From NCBI GenBank assembly GCA_030603365.1, contig JAUVXV010000002.1, positions 128,001 through 192,000 of the forward strand: a stretch of DNA of 64,000 nucleotides, written 5' to 3'. Below, in pieces: positions 20,775 to 30,085 of this stretch (position 1 is its first letter; each line of letters starts with the position of its first letter). The DNA is from Candidatus Heimdallarchaeota archaeon (GTDB taxonomy: Archaea; Asgardarchaeota; Heimdallarchaeia; Heimdallarchaeales; Heimdallarchaeaceae). The position numbers and the translations under genes were made by a program. The notes beneath the pieces are model-generated. The model did no database searches. It worked only from the letters and a program-made list of their open reading frames with translations, and was not told the DNA's origin.

Positions 20775-21644
20775 ATGATGTTTAGAAAAAAACCAATTAT
20801 CTTTGTGCTTATTTTGGTTTCTATGATAAGCTTTCCTTCATTTATTCATTCAAATGTAAATAACTTCTCCCCTTACCAGATCTCAATTCCTCCAAGTGAT
20901 GCTTATGCTGATGAGATAGTGGAAGGAGTATCATACATCTATCTTTTTGGTGAAAATGCTTTAGGTGCACCAGATGGAGAGTATGCACAACTTCTCTTAG
21001 AATACACAAATGGAATTCTCACCCTAGATATGGGTAGATATGAAAAAATTTTGAATGGTACTGGAGATGATTTCACAGTCCATTGTCTATCTGGAGGATA
21101 CATAGTCAAGGCAGGGAATGATGTAAAACAGCCTTTAACCACTTTGGGTGAAGGAGAAAATACAACCAGTTTTGATTTAGCAGATGGAGGTTTAGTAGAA
21201 GCTAGATATGTTCAAGTTCAATACTTAAATGGTACTGTTGTTTACTTAGATGCTATTGAAGCTTTAAATGGTGAGATTCCCCTTCCCGAGGCTATGATCC
21301 CTGATATTACTCCTGTAGATGATTTTTGGGTTTGGGAAAATAGTTCAAAAGTCGAATTTACTTGGGAAATAAGTGAATATCATCCTTGGAATTATACAAT
21401 AATAGTTAACGATATCATTTATGAACAAGGTGAATGGTTAGAAACTAATATTGATTTCAGTTACGATATTGATGGTCCAGAAGTTTTACAAATCATGCTT
21501 GAGGCTAATGACTATTATGGTTATTCTGCTGGAGATACTGTTACTGTAGAGATTAGAGAGATAGACAAAGCATCTTCATTATCAGTAATCTTAAGCCTAC
21601 TATCATTATTCGGGGTTGTATATATCTTAAAGAAAAACAAGTAA
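20775..21644 (+). CDS. Secreted cell-surface protein with C-terminal membrane anchor
   Basis: Signal peptide, ALGAPDG...NGTGDDF beta-rich domain, Ig-like second domain, C-terminal KASSLSVILSLLSLFGVVYILKKNK. Confidence 0.7.
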   Translation: MMFRKKPIIFVLILVSMISFPSFIHSNVNNFSPYQISIPPSDAYADEIVEGVSYIYLFGENALGAPDGEYAQLLLEYTNGILTLDMGRYEKILNGTGDDFTVHCLSGGYIVKAGNDVKQPLTTLGEGENTTSFDLADGGLVEARYVQVQYLNGTVVYLDAIEALNGEIPLPEAMIPDITPVDDFWVWENSSKVEFTWEISEYHPWNYTIIVNDIIYEQGEWLETNIDFSYDIDGPEVLQIMLEANDYYGYSAGDTVTVEIREIDKASSLSVILSLLSLFGVVYILKKNK

Positions 21645-21681
21645 AAGCGAATAAATAAGAATTGTCTCTCTTTTACTTCCT

Positions 21682-21843
21682 TTATTTTTCATCAGCTGAT
21701 TCAGCTTCATCTGAAATTAGTTTATTAAGTAAAAACACTATAAATTCTTCAACTGAATTATAATTGTCATCTAGTTCTACTTTTTCTGTTAATTCAGCAT
21801 AAAGCTCTTCTGGGATTTCTATTTCTTTGGTTTCTTTATTCAT
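21682..21843 (-). CDS. Small CopG/ribbon-helix-helix-like protein (53 aa; alternative start 21852)
   Basis: Below the ORF-track cutoff; hand translation MNKETKEIEIPEELYAELTEKVELDDNYNSVEEFIVFLLNKLISDEAESADEK. Directly downstream of the sulfotransferase on the same strand. Confidence 0.6.
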   Translation of the reverse strand: MNKETKEIEIPEELYAELTEKVELDDNYNSVEEFIVFLLNKLISDEAESADEK

Positions 21844-21860
21844 TTTTATCATCTGTGAAG

Positions 21861-22442
21861 TTACTTCTTCTTTGATCTCTGTCTGTAGAGCTTCTCATCT
21901 ATCACTTTGTTCATTTTATCTTTATTAAGTTCGTTTCCCAGAAATTCACAGATAGAATCAAGATGCTGTTCTGGATGCTTAACCATTTCATTATATGATA
22001 GGTATAAAACACTGAAATTTGATTGTAAACTAATCCATTCCTTGGTTTGTTTGACATGACTCTTATAGTATTCTAGCATCATTTTATCTTCTTTAGGATG
22101 AGTTTTTTGTCCTTTTTCCATTACAGTTTGTTTTTGAGATTTCAGAATCTCATCGAAATTCCTTTCCATGAAAATTATTTTGTATTCAAATTTGTCAGGC
22201 AAATGCTGAAGGAAAAAAGAAATTACTTTTACTGCTTTTTCCTCAGCTTCATCTAACCAACTAATATTTCCCTCTGGAAGTTTCTTTGCAGGTTCATACT
22301 CAAAATACCCTTTTGGATTGTTTTCATCTGGTTTTCTTGTTTTATCTTCAAGAATCTTAATCCCACCAGCTTTTAGCATATTCATCATCATAGCTGTCCC
22401 AGAACGAGGTAATCCAGATACTATTATTATCATCACATTCAC
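21861..22442 (-). CDS. Small PAPS-dependent sulfotransferase-family protein
   Basis: VSGLPRSGTAMMM P-loop-like PSB motif, NPKGYFE, FMERNFDEILKSQ. Confidence 0.82.
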   Translation of the reverse strand: MNVMIIIVSGLPRSGTAMMMNMLKAGGIKILEDKTRKPDENNPKGYFEYEPAKKLPEGNISWLDEAEEKAVKVISFFLQHLPDKFEYKIIFMERNFDEILKSQKQTVMEKGQKTHPKEDKMMLEYYKSHVKQTKEWISLQSNFSVLYLSYNEMVKHPEQHLDSICEFLGNELNKDKMNKVIDEKLYRQRSKKK

Positions 22443-22603
22443 TTCTTAAGTCATGAATTTCTATTAATCAAATTCAATTTACCAACCTATCATTTACTTT
22501 CAGCTCTATTAAACTTTTTTAGTTTAAAAGATACTCAGTAGTTAGATAATTTTTTCTTTTAATTCGCACAAAAACATTATTAAAGCTAGTCTATGCTTTT
22601 TTC

Positions 22604-23635
22604 TTGATGTATATTCTTCTAAGTGGAGCAAAGAAAAATGCAGGAGATTTTCTAATTTTCAATAGAGCTAAAGCTCTACTCGAAGAACATTTGGATGAAG
22701 AATTTACAACTTTCTTTAGATGGGAAGAATTGGATGATAAGTTAGATATAGTTAACGATTCTAAAGGTGTCATCATCTGCGGAGGACCTGGATATAATTA
22801 TAGGTTCTATCCAGCAATTTACCGATTAACAAACCCTCTTGAAAAACTTGAAGTTCCTGTCTATCCTATGGGTTTAGGGTATTCAGGTATTCCAATCAAC
22901 ACAGATGATTTTGTTTTTTCTGAACAATCTCTTGAAGCTATCAATCACATTCATTCACAAATAGAATATTCTAGTGTTAGAGATGTTCTAACTCAAAATC
23001 TCCTTAAGAGATTTAACATCAACAATGTAGTTCTTTCTGGATGTCCAGCATGGCATTCATTAGGAGATATTGATAAGGATTTTACACCACCTGAAGAGAT
23101 TAAAAAGATTGTATTTACTACCCCTGCAAAAATTAAATTCGCTTATCAAACATTCCGAATAATGTCTTTGATTAAACGTAAATTCCCAAAGGCAGAAGTT
23201 CTTTGCAGTTTCCATAGAGGAATTAAGAGAGATCAGTACACAAAAAGAAGGATGAGTTATACTTATCATGGTATAGCTGCTTATGCAAAAATGTTAGGTT
23301 TTAAGGTTCAAGATTTTTCGTATGATTCTGAAAGGATAGATATCTACAAAGAATTTGATCTTCATTTTGGTTATAGAGTCCACAGTCATATTTATTTTCT
23401 GAGCTTAAAAAAACCATCAATTCTACTTCATGAGGATGGAAGAGGAAAAGGGTTGTCACTAACGTTGAATAGTTCCTTAGATGTTTCAGCTTATGAATCA
23501 GGAGCAGTTAGAAAATTGAAGAAAAGCATTAATTCAGTCATTGAGAATGATTTTGAGGATTACTATTCAATGACAGATTTCATGAGAGAGACATATTATA
23601 AAACAATGGTTCCCTTCATAGAGAATCTTCGCTAA
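22604..23635 (+). CDS. Polysaccharide pyruvyl transferase family protein
   Basis: NAGDFLI, GGPG, SVRD, GCPAW, GYRVHSHI motifs. Confidence 0.82.
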   Translation: MMYILLSGAKKNAGDFLIFNRAKALLEEHLDEEFTTFFRWEELDDKLDIVNDSKGVIICGGPGYNYRFYPAIYRLTNPLEKLEVPVYPMGLGYSGIPINTDDFVFSEQSLEAINHIHSQIEYSSVRDVLTQNLLKRFNINNVVLSGCPAWHSLGDIDKDFTPPEEIKKIVFTTPAKIKFAYQTFRIMSLIKRKFPKAEVLCSFHRGIKRDQYTKRRMSYTYHGIAAYAKMLGFKVQDFSYDSERIDIYKEFDLHFGYRVHSHIYFLSLKKPSILLHEDGRGKGLSLTLNSSLDVSAYESGAVRKLKKSINSVIENDFEDYYSMTDFMRETYYKTMVPFIENLR

Positions 23636-23694
23636 TTTGTTTAGATAATTTTTTAAGCAACTTTTCTTCTTCAACATATTACTGGTGCAAAGAG

Positions 23695-25341
23695 ATGTCT
23701 TCTAAAACTGAACGTTCCCTATTAGATCAAGGAAAAAGTTCGAAGTTTCTATTTACATTTTTCATCTCTTTCGCAATTGCTAAAGCTTTTGGATTAGCTT
23801 TTACCAAAATCTTCACTAATGTTTTATCTCAACAAGAAATGGGTCAGTACTACGTTATTCTTTCAGCAACTTCTCTTATTATGAGTTTTGCAGCTCTTGG
23901 CATCCCCATGGCTCTGAGTCGATACGCTATTAGATATAAAACAAAGAACCAAATTCAAAACCTTAGAGATTTCATATTCAGTGGTTTCATCTGTTTTATT
24001 ATTGTAGAATTACTTATCATAATTGGATTTATAATTTACTATTTTGTTACCCAAGCACCACCACCATTTTTTGATTTAGGAAGCGAATCAATTGCTAAAA
24101 CTATGTGGGATACACATATTGGCCTACCCTATGGTTTTGTTTCAGTAAGCGACAATTATATTATCTTCCTATTTTTGGTTGCAGCTATTGTAGTTGCTCA
24201 ATTCTTTAGTACAATATGTTTTACAACTGCCTCTTCACTTCAAAATAGCAGGTATTATGCAATTATAGTAATTATGCGAGTATTGCTTCAAATTCCCTTC
24301 GGAATCTTATTTACAGTTTTTCTAGATTTTGGTGTCTTTGGACTAATTGCTGGGTTAGCAATTTCAGAGTTTTCTGTAGCCATGTATAGTGCTTATAGAA
24401 TAATCAAAGATATAGGTATCGGGAGATTTTCTATTTCTGAATTGAAAAAATTATTTGAATTTGGTCTACCTATTTACGCTTCTGGGATTTTGTGGTATTT
24501 CTTTGATTTGGCTATCTTAGTTTATATTAAAATGGTTGAAGGAAATGCTAGTGGTGATGTTACAATAAGCCTTTACAGATATGGAGCTTTAACTGTGGTT
24601 AATCTTGTATTATTAGCAGGGAATGTGTTTGGTTTAGTTTATAGACCTGTTATTTACAAATTCTTTGAGAATGATCAATTCAAAGACATGGAGATTTTTA
24701 CTGTTAGAATAATGAAATTATTTATGATATTATTCTTCCCTTTCATTTCATTACTTTTTGCTTTTTCACCATGGCTAATCCAGTTCTTTACAAATGCAGA
24801 ATACATCACGAGTATACCAATTATTCCCATTTTACTATTTGCCATACTCTTCCAGTATATCCAAATCATTACAACTTACGGTCATACTCTCTATATGAAA
24901 AATTACTGGAGTTTTATTGGAGGGGTTATTAGTTTTATATTGACATGTACTGTAGCATACTTTTTGATTCCAATTAATGGTTTATTGGGGATAGCTGTAG
25001 CTTATTTCACAAGAAGAGTAACTTACCTAATTATATTCCATTTTGTATCTCAACATTACTTCAAGATTAAGTTCAAGTGGTTACAAACGCTCTTAATTCT
25101 GTTCTATATGGGGGTTGCAGGAGGAATTGGAGCTGTACTCTACTTCTATGCCTTTCCGTTCATTGGATTGTGGAACTATACAGCCTCATTTACAATATCT
25201 GCAATTATATTTGCTCTACTTGTTCTAGTTTCAAAATTTATTACAAAGGGCGACGTAAAGTTTCTAACGGGGTTATTCAAGAGCTATATAGAAGGTATTA
25301 GGGGTACAAAACAAGATCTTATTCCTGAAGAAGCATCTTGA
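23695..25341 (+). CDS. Oligosaccharide flippase / polysaccharide biosynthesis protein (MOP superfamily)
   Basis: About 14 TM segments, LSQQEMGQY, LGIPMALSRY, LFEFGLP. Confidence 0.85.
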   Translation: MSSKTERSLLDQGKSSKFLFTFFISFAIAKAFGLAFTKIFTNVLSQQEMGQYYVILSATSLIMSFAALGIPMALSRYAIRYKTKNQIQNLRDFIFSGFICFIIVELLIIIGFIIYYFVTQAPPPFFDLGSESIAKTMWDTHIGLPYGFVSVSDNYIIFLFLVAAIVVAQFFSTICFTTASSLQNSRYYAIIVIMRVLLQIPFGILFTVFLDFGVFGLIAGLAISEFSVAMYSAYRIIKDIGIGRFSISELKKLFEFGLPIYASGILWYFFDLAILVYIKMVEGNASGDVTISLYRYGALTVVNLVLLAGNVFGLVYRPVIYKFFENDQFKDMEIFTVRIMKLFMILFFPFISLLFAFSPWLIQFFTNAEYITSIPIIPILLFAILFQYIQIITTYGHTLYMKNYWSFIGGVISFILTCTVAYFLIPINGLLGIAVAYFTRRVTYLIIFHFVSQHYFKIKFKWLQTLLILFYMGVAGGIGAVLYFYAFPFIGLWNYTASFTISAIIFALLVLVSKFITKGDVKFLTGLFKSYIEGIRGTKQDLIPEEAS

Positions 25342-25343
25342 AA

Positions 25344-27275
25344 TTAGTCGCTTTCTTCCATGAAAACAACTAGTTTTCCATAGCTTTCTAAATCGTAGAG
25401 TTCATGATGAAATCTAGATAGGTTTAATTCTGATTCGAATTGTTCTTTGAAGATAACTTCAGCGAACTCTTGAGCTCTCAGTGGATCTAATGGAAACTGT
25501 TCCTTATCTATAATGCTACCATATTTTGGTACTAGATCAGTTGCAACACTATACTTCTCTTTACTTTGTTTAAACCAATCAAAGATTGCTAAAAAGACTT
25601 CATCATCAAGAGGATCTTGAGCAAAAATGAATAATTTACTAATCCTAATTTTTCTATCTTCATCTACCATATACTGTAGACTCTCATCATCTGCTTCAGT
25701 ATATTCAGGCGCGTTGATGATTTGTTCAACTCTTGCTTTCTCGTTTTCAGCTTTTTCTCTGAAATCCCAATCTTCAGGAGCGATATCTAAGGCTTTGTTA
25801 TATGCATCCAAAGCTTCCTCAAATTGAACTTGTTTAACAAGCAGTACTGCATAGTTCAACCATAAATCTGGATTTGTGTCTTCTACACTAAGAAGTTTAA
25901 TAATAATTGAAATTGCATCTTCATAAGTTTCCATTTTACTATACGCAGCAGCTAGTTTCAATCCAGTGGTTATATCTTCCTTGTTTATTTCCAGAGTTTG
26001 TTGATAGTACTCAATAGCCTTAGGATAATCTTGTTTTCTATGTAAATAGATATCTCCAAGTTTTGAGAGAGCATTTGTATTGTTTGGTTCAAATTCTAAG
26101 ATATTGTTAAATTGTTGAATTGCTTCATCCATTTTACCTATCTTTGCATAAAGTAAACCCAGATTGTAAATAGCAACAAGATTTTCTTGATCTCTACCAA
26201 CTACTGCAACGTAGAAGACTATAGTTTCTTCAATCATTTCGAATTTTTGAGCCATTGTACCAAAGAAGTTTAGAGACTCAGTCTTGGAAAATTCCACTTT
26301 ACCTTGTCTAAGAACTTCTGCTATCATAGTAATTAATTCCTGCAAGATTTTCTCTTCTTCTGATTCAAACTTATATTCCATGAATTTCTGCCAGTCCATT
26401 TCTTCCTCGATACCTATTTGTTCTACGAGGTGATCTTGTAGAAAATCCATTGATTCATTAAACATAGTTCTTGCATAAAATTGAATTTCTTCATCTTCAT
26501 CAGCCTCATTCTGAAGGCTTTCAACTAAAACCTTGAGATTTGTGAAGGAGGTTTGGATAGGGGATGTTGTGACATCATCTAACTCTATCTCTGCATCCTT
26601 ATCAGGTTCTGGAGGAACATCAACATCATCAGCTCCAGGAAGAGCACCTGTCTGTGGAACTGAAGCTGGAGTCTTACTTGCTGGTACAGGTATATTACTC
26701 GCATCTGATTCGATTAGTCTTGGTGAAATAGCTGGTACAGGAGGCTGTAAATCAGCAGGTTCTTCTCCAAATTCACTCTCATCAAACTGCTCGTCAGTTG
26801 TTGTTTGAAATGAAGCTAATTGAGGTATTGTTGGGGTTGGAGCTGGAGCAGGTATTCCTCCTTCTGAAGATATAGGAGTCTCTATTTTTTCAAATAATTC
26901 ATCAGAGAGCGGTTCAGCTACTTCCTCTTCAACTGCTTCTCTTTCTTCTGGTGTTAGAATGTCTTCTAATACAGTTTTAATTTTAATCAGTAATCTTTGA
27001 GCTTTTCTACTAACACCCACATGTTCAGAAACCGCAGAATCTTGTATAACTTTGAGAGCATCCTCAGATTGACCTGCTAAAAGAGCTAAAACATCCAAAC
27101 TGTTGAAACGTACCATATCATCCTCATCTTTTTGCACTAGTAATACTAAGATATCAAGGGCAAACATAGCAGCCAAATCATGCTTCTTCAAATCATGGAG
27201 AGCGTCTAGTCTGGTAATAACATGTTTAGATTTGAGATCCTTTAGAAATTTTTTCTGTTCAGATTTAGATATCAT
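25344..27275 (-). CDS. HEAT-repeat + acidic/Pro-rich linker + TPR-repeat protein
   Basis: N-terminal HEAT-like helices (DEDDMVRFNSLDVL), low-complexity PAPAPTP linker, about 5 TPRs (AIYNLGLLY, ALSKLGDIY, LWLNYAVLL). Confidence 0.8.
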   Translation of the reverse strand: MISKSEQKKFLKDLKSKHVITRLDALHDLKKHDLAAMFALDILVLLVQKDEDDMVRFNSLDVLALLAGQSEDALKVIQDSAVSEHVGVSRKAQRLLIKIKTVLEDILTPEEREAVEEEVAEPLSDELFEKIETPISSEGGIPAPAPTPTIPQLASFQTTTDEQFDESEFGEEPADLQPPVPAISPRLIESDASNIPVPASKTPASVPQTGALPGADDVDVPPEPDKDAEIELDDVTTSPIQTSFTNLKVLVESLQNEADEDEEIQFYARTMFNESMDFLQDHLVEQIGIEEEMDWQKFMEYKFESEEEKILQELITMIAEVLRQGKVEFSKTESLNFFGTMAQKFEMIEETIVFYVAVVGRDQENLVAIYNLGLLYAKIGKMDEAIQQFNNILEFEPNNTNALSKLGDIYLHRKQDYPKAIEYYQQTLEINKEDITTGLKLAAAYSKMETYEDAISIIIKLLSVEDTNPDLWLNYAVLLVKQVQFEEALDAYNKALDIAPEDWDFREKAENEKARVEQIINAPEYTEADDESLQYMVDEDRKIRISKLFIFAQDPLDDEVFLAIFDWFKQSKEKYSVATDLVPKYGSIIDKEQFPLDPLRAQEFAEVIFKEQFESELNLSRFHHELYDLESYGKLVVFMEESD

Positions 27276-27381
27276 AATGCTTCATTGAGGATGTTTGATA
27301 ATAAATCATTGAGAAATAAGGTATTAAAATTTGTGATAGTAAAAATAGAAAAGGAAAAGAAGGTAAATGGAAAAGAAAAAA

Positions 27382-28317
27382 TTATAGGCGCATCTTGAGA
27401 TGTGTTTGAACGTATCTACAATGCTCCCTCAATGTTGTGCTAGGTGTGCTCAGATATCGAGAGATTTCCTCTTTAGTGATTAGCTGCTCTCCTAGATATC
27501 GTTGACCTACCATATTTGTTGCTAGGAATATACAACTGACTGCAAAAACTGAGGGTTTACGCCCATTAACCTTGATTTCACATAACTTAGTAGCAAGTCT
27601 TTGAATGGTAGTGCTCATTTTTTCAAAACCAAGTTCGTCTTCAGGATGGATATTCGCAAGTCTTTCCTTAAAATCATCAATAGCTTTTAGTTGTGCAAGA
27701 TATTTGGGAACAAATTCTTTAGCTGAGCTTGTCCTGTAATTCATGTTTGTATCCATGATGTAGTCCCTCACTGCCTTTGCACTTAGCTTGCAGTGATGTT
27801 CTTTGAAAATATTTACGATGTCATTAATAGAGCATGGCAAACCCTTGTTTTTCATGTGCTTAATTGTTAAAGCGGCACAAATAAGGAAAATATTTGTTAC
27901 TTTGTTCCCCTTGCGTTTTTCAGATAAGTAGATCTTGTTGAGTTCAAACATTAAATCATTTCTAGCATTTTCTGATAGTCCTAATCTGGTTAAGATTGCT
28001 AAGATTCTCCCCTTTGACTCCTGGACTGCATCATAAGCTGAGTTTTCAGCATTGTACATTCGTCTATACTTATCTCTTTGTTCAATGTGAGCTTCAAATA
28101 CACGGAAGCTGGTGCTATGCCCTCTTCTACTTTCAGGACTGCCAAATCTGCTATCTGGACCATCTGAACGATCAAGAAAATGTGAGCATTCTAGAATCCG
28201 GTCTGCAACTATTCCACAATATCGACAAACTACATCTCCGCGAGTGACTTCTGAGATGAATTTAGTACCGCCACAATCAGCGCAAGTGAGTTCGTCTTTC
28301 AATATAGTTTCTGACAT
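27382..28317 (-). CDS. tfb: Divergent transcription initiation factor IIB (TFB) paralog
   Basis: Zn ribbon CADC-x15-CRYCG, two cyclin-like repeats, GRKPSVFAVSCIFLA, C-terminal HTH ITKEEISRYLSTPSTTLR. Confidence 0.85.
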   Translation of the reverse strand: MSETILKDELTCADCGGTKFISEVTRGDVVCRYCGIVADRILECSHFLDRSDGPDSRFGSPESRRGHSTSFRVFEAHIEQRDKYRRMYNAENSAYDAVQESKGRILAILTRLGLSENARNDLMFELNKIYLSEKRKGNKVTNIFLICAALTIKHMKNKGLPCSINDIVNIFKEHHCKLSAKAVRDYIMDTNMNYRTSSAKEFVPKYLAQLKAIDDFKERLANIHPEDELGFEKMSTTIQRLATKLCEIKVNGRKPSVFAVSCIFLATNMVGQRYLGEQLITKEEISRYLSTPSTTLREHCRYVQTHLKMRL

Positions 28318-28546
28318 TTGTCTCTAACTATTTTTGTTTTAGACCCTTATAAGTCAAAAGAGACCCTCCATTGAAAGTGAAAGAAGAGCTCCTTGTACAA
28401 TGATGTTTCAAGGCTTTTTGTCGTTACTTCCAGTTCCGTTTGAAAGTGAAAGTAACAATATATCTCGAGAAAATATCTGGGGCTATATGCAGTTTTTTTA
28501 TCTTTCTTACATAAAATTGATATAGTTAATTTGTTTCGTCAATAAG

Positions 28547-29404
28547 ATGAAAGAGAAATATGTATTCCTCAAATCTAAATTAGGGATTAGTAGTTTCATT
28601 CTGTTTATAGTTGGGTTTATCCTGTTCATGGCTGGAGAAATATATTATGGTGTTAGCGAAGGTGGTTTTGAGATAATAGGTACTATAATTATAGCATTTA
28701 TTGGAAGTATTATCTTCATAATTATACTTTCGCTCTTTCTTACTTCTGTTAGATCAATTATACCTTATATCTTACTCGCTATACCATACTTAGTTGCTTG
28801 TGCTATTAGATTAGATGAGATGTCTCCTTATTTTGATGAAGTATTTGCTATGATAGGACTGATTTCTGGATGCATTCTGTTAACTGCTTTTGTTGTAACA
28901 TTCATTATATTTTCTAGAAAACAAAAAATAAGTGTAGAAGATGCAACATCAATTACAGAAGATTCAGAAAAGATTGTCATTTCACCAATTGAATCAAAGA
29001 AGTTCCCTATAGATACCATCATTCATATTAGTACCTTAATCATAATGCTGAGTACATATCTGATATTTTGGATTGGTTATGCACCTTATTATCTACTATA
29101 TCTAATTCCAGTAATTTTATTTTTAGGTGGGCATATATTTTCACTACTATACGTTAAAGAAAACTATAATTGGAACTTTAGTCTTATCTCATCAATCCTT
29201 TCAGTGATAATCTTTGCATTTACTGCTCACCAACTCATTATTAATTACACCATTGTTTTGAGACCACTTGTTTATGGAATTGGTTTAGGAAGCTTGATTA
29301 TTGGAAATTCTGTTATCTTGGTTATTGGTTTTAAGAGAACTGTGAAGGCAAAAACAACAGACATTGTTGAGGAAAAAGATACGGAGAAAATCCTAGCGGA
29401 GTAG
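28547..29404 (+). CDS. Hypothetical polytopic membrane protein
   Basis: About 8 TM segments, no recognised motif. Confidence 0.6.
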   Translation: MKEKYVFLKSKLGISSFILFIVGFILFMAGEIYYGVSEGGFEIIGTIIIAFIGSIIFIIILSLFLTSVRSIIPYILLAIPYLVACAIRLDEMSPYFDEVFAMIGLISGCILLTAFVVTFIIFSRKQKISVEDATSITEDSEKIVISPIESKKFPIDTIIHISTLIIMLSTYLIFWIGYAPYYLLYLIPVILFLGGHIFSLLYVKENYNWNFSLISSILSVIIFAFTAHQLIINYTIVLRPLVYGIGLGSLIIGNSVILVIGFKRTVKAKTTDIVEEKDTEKILAE

Positions 29405-29451
29405 TTGGGAGTTTCTAAAAGTATTTATGTCTTTTTTACATCTTTAGTAAG

Positions 29452-29901
29452 ATGAAAACCAAACATTGGATCTTCCAATCACGAACTGCTTTACTTGCAT
29501 TAATTTTCTATTTGATTGCCGTTGTTTCATATATTGTAGCTGATTTACTTTATGGACTTAAAGGATTTCAAGAAAATGAAGCAGTGGTTCTTTATGTCTC
29601 TATAGCTTTTATTGTCACTGTATTGATTGCATCAGTATTCTTCATTTTTATGCTACTAAAATCTGAGCGTAAAATATTTCTTTACACACTATTTTCACTA
29701 CCTTTCTTGGCTTTCAATGTATTCCGATTGTTAGATATTTTTGATTCACCAATGGATTATATTATCGAATTAATTTGCTTCATTGCTGGAGGAGTATTTC
29801 TTATCATCTCAATTATCACAATATCTAGGTTTTTCCATACAAAGCCTAAGTTCCCAATCGAAGTTGAACCTGCTGAAGATTTAACTGAATCAGGAGAATA
29901 A
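29452..29901 (+). CDS. Hypothetical 4-TM membrane protein, paralog of the N-half of the upstream gene
   Basis: MKTKHWIFQSR...ADLLYG...LPFLAFNVFRL aligns with MKEKYVFLKSK...GEIYYG...IPYLVACAIRL. Confidence 0.6.
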   Translation: MKTKHWIFQSRTALLALIFYLIAVVSYIVADLLYGLKGFQENEAVVLYVSIAFIVTVLIASVFFIFMLLKSERKIFLYTLFSLPFLAFNVFRLLDIFDSPMDYIIELICFIAGGVFLIISIITISRFFHTKPKFPIEVEPAEDLTESGE

Positions 29902-30085
29902 CTGCCATAGGTTAGGATTTTTTCATTTATTTTGACTGCAACAGGAGCACTAATCGGAGATTTTCTGTCTTACCACACAAATAATTTTTTACGTGGTAAG
30001 ATTTTCTTCGCTTGATTTTTTTCCGGATGATTTCCTTCAGCCTAAATGAGGAAGACTTTTATTTTCTTCTTACTTTATTCTCACA

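Noticed and set aside
28340-28452. Possible mini-CRISPR (two TTGAAAG ends 69 bp apart)
   Set aside because: Similarity is limited to 13 bp, the upstream parts of the would-be repeats do not match, there are only two units, and no cas genes are present.
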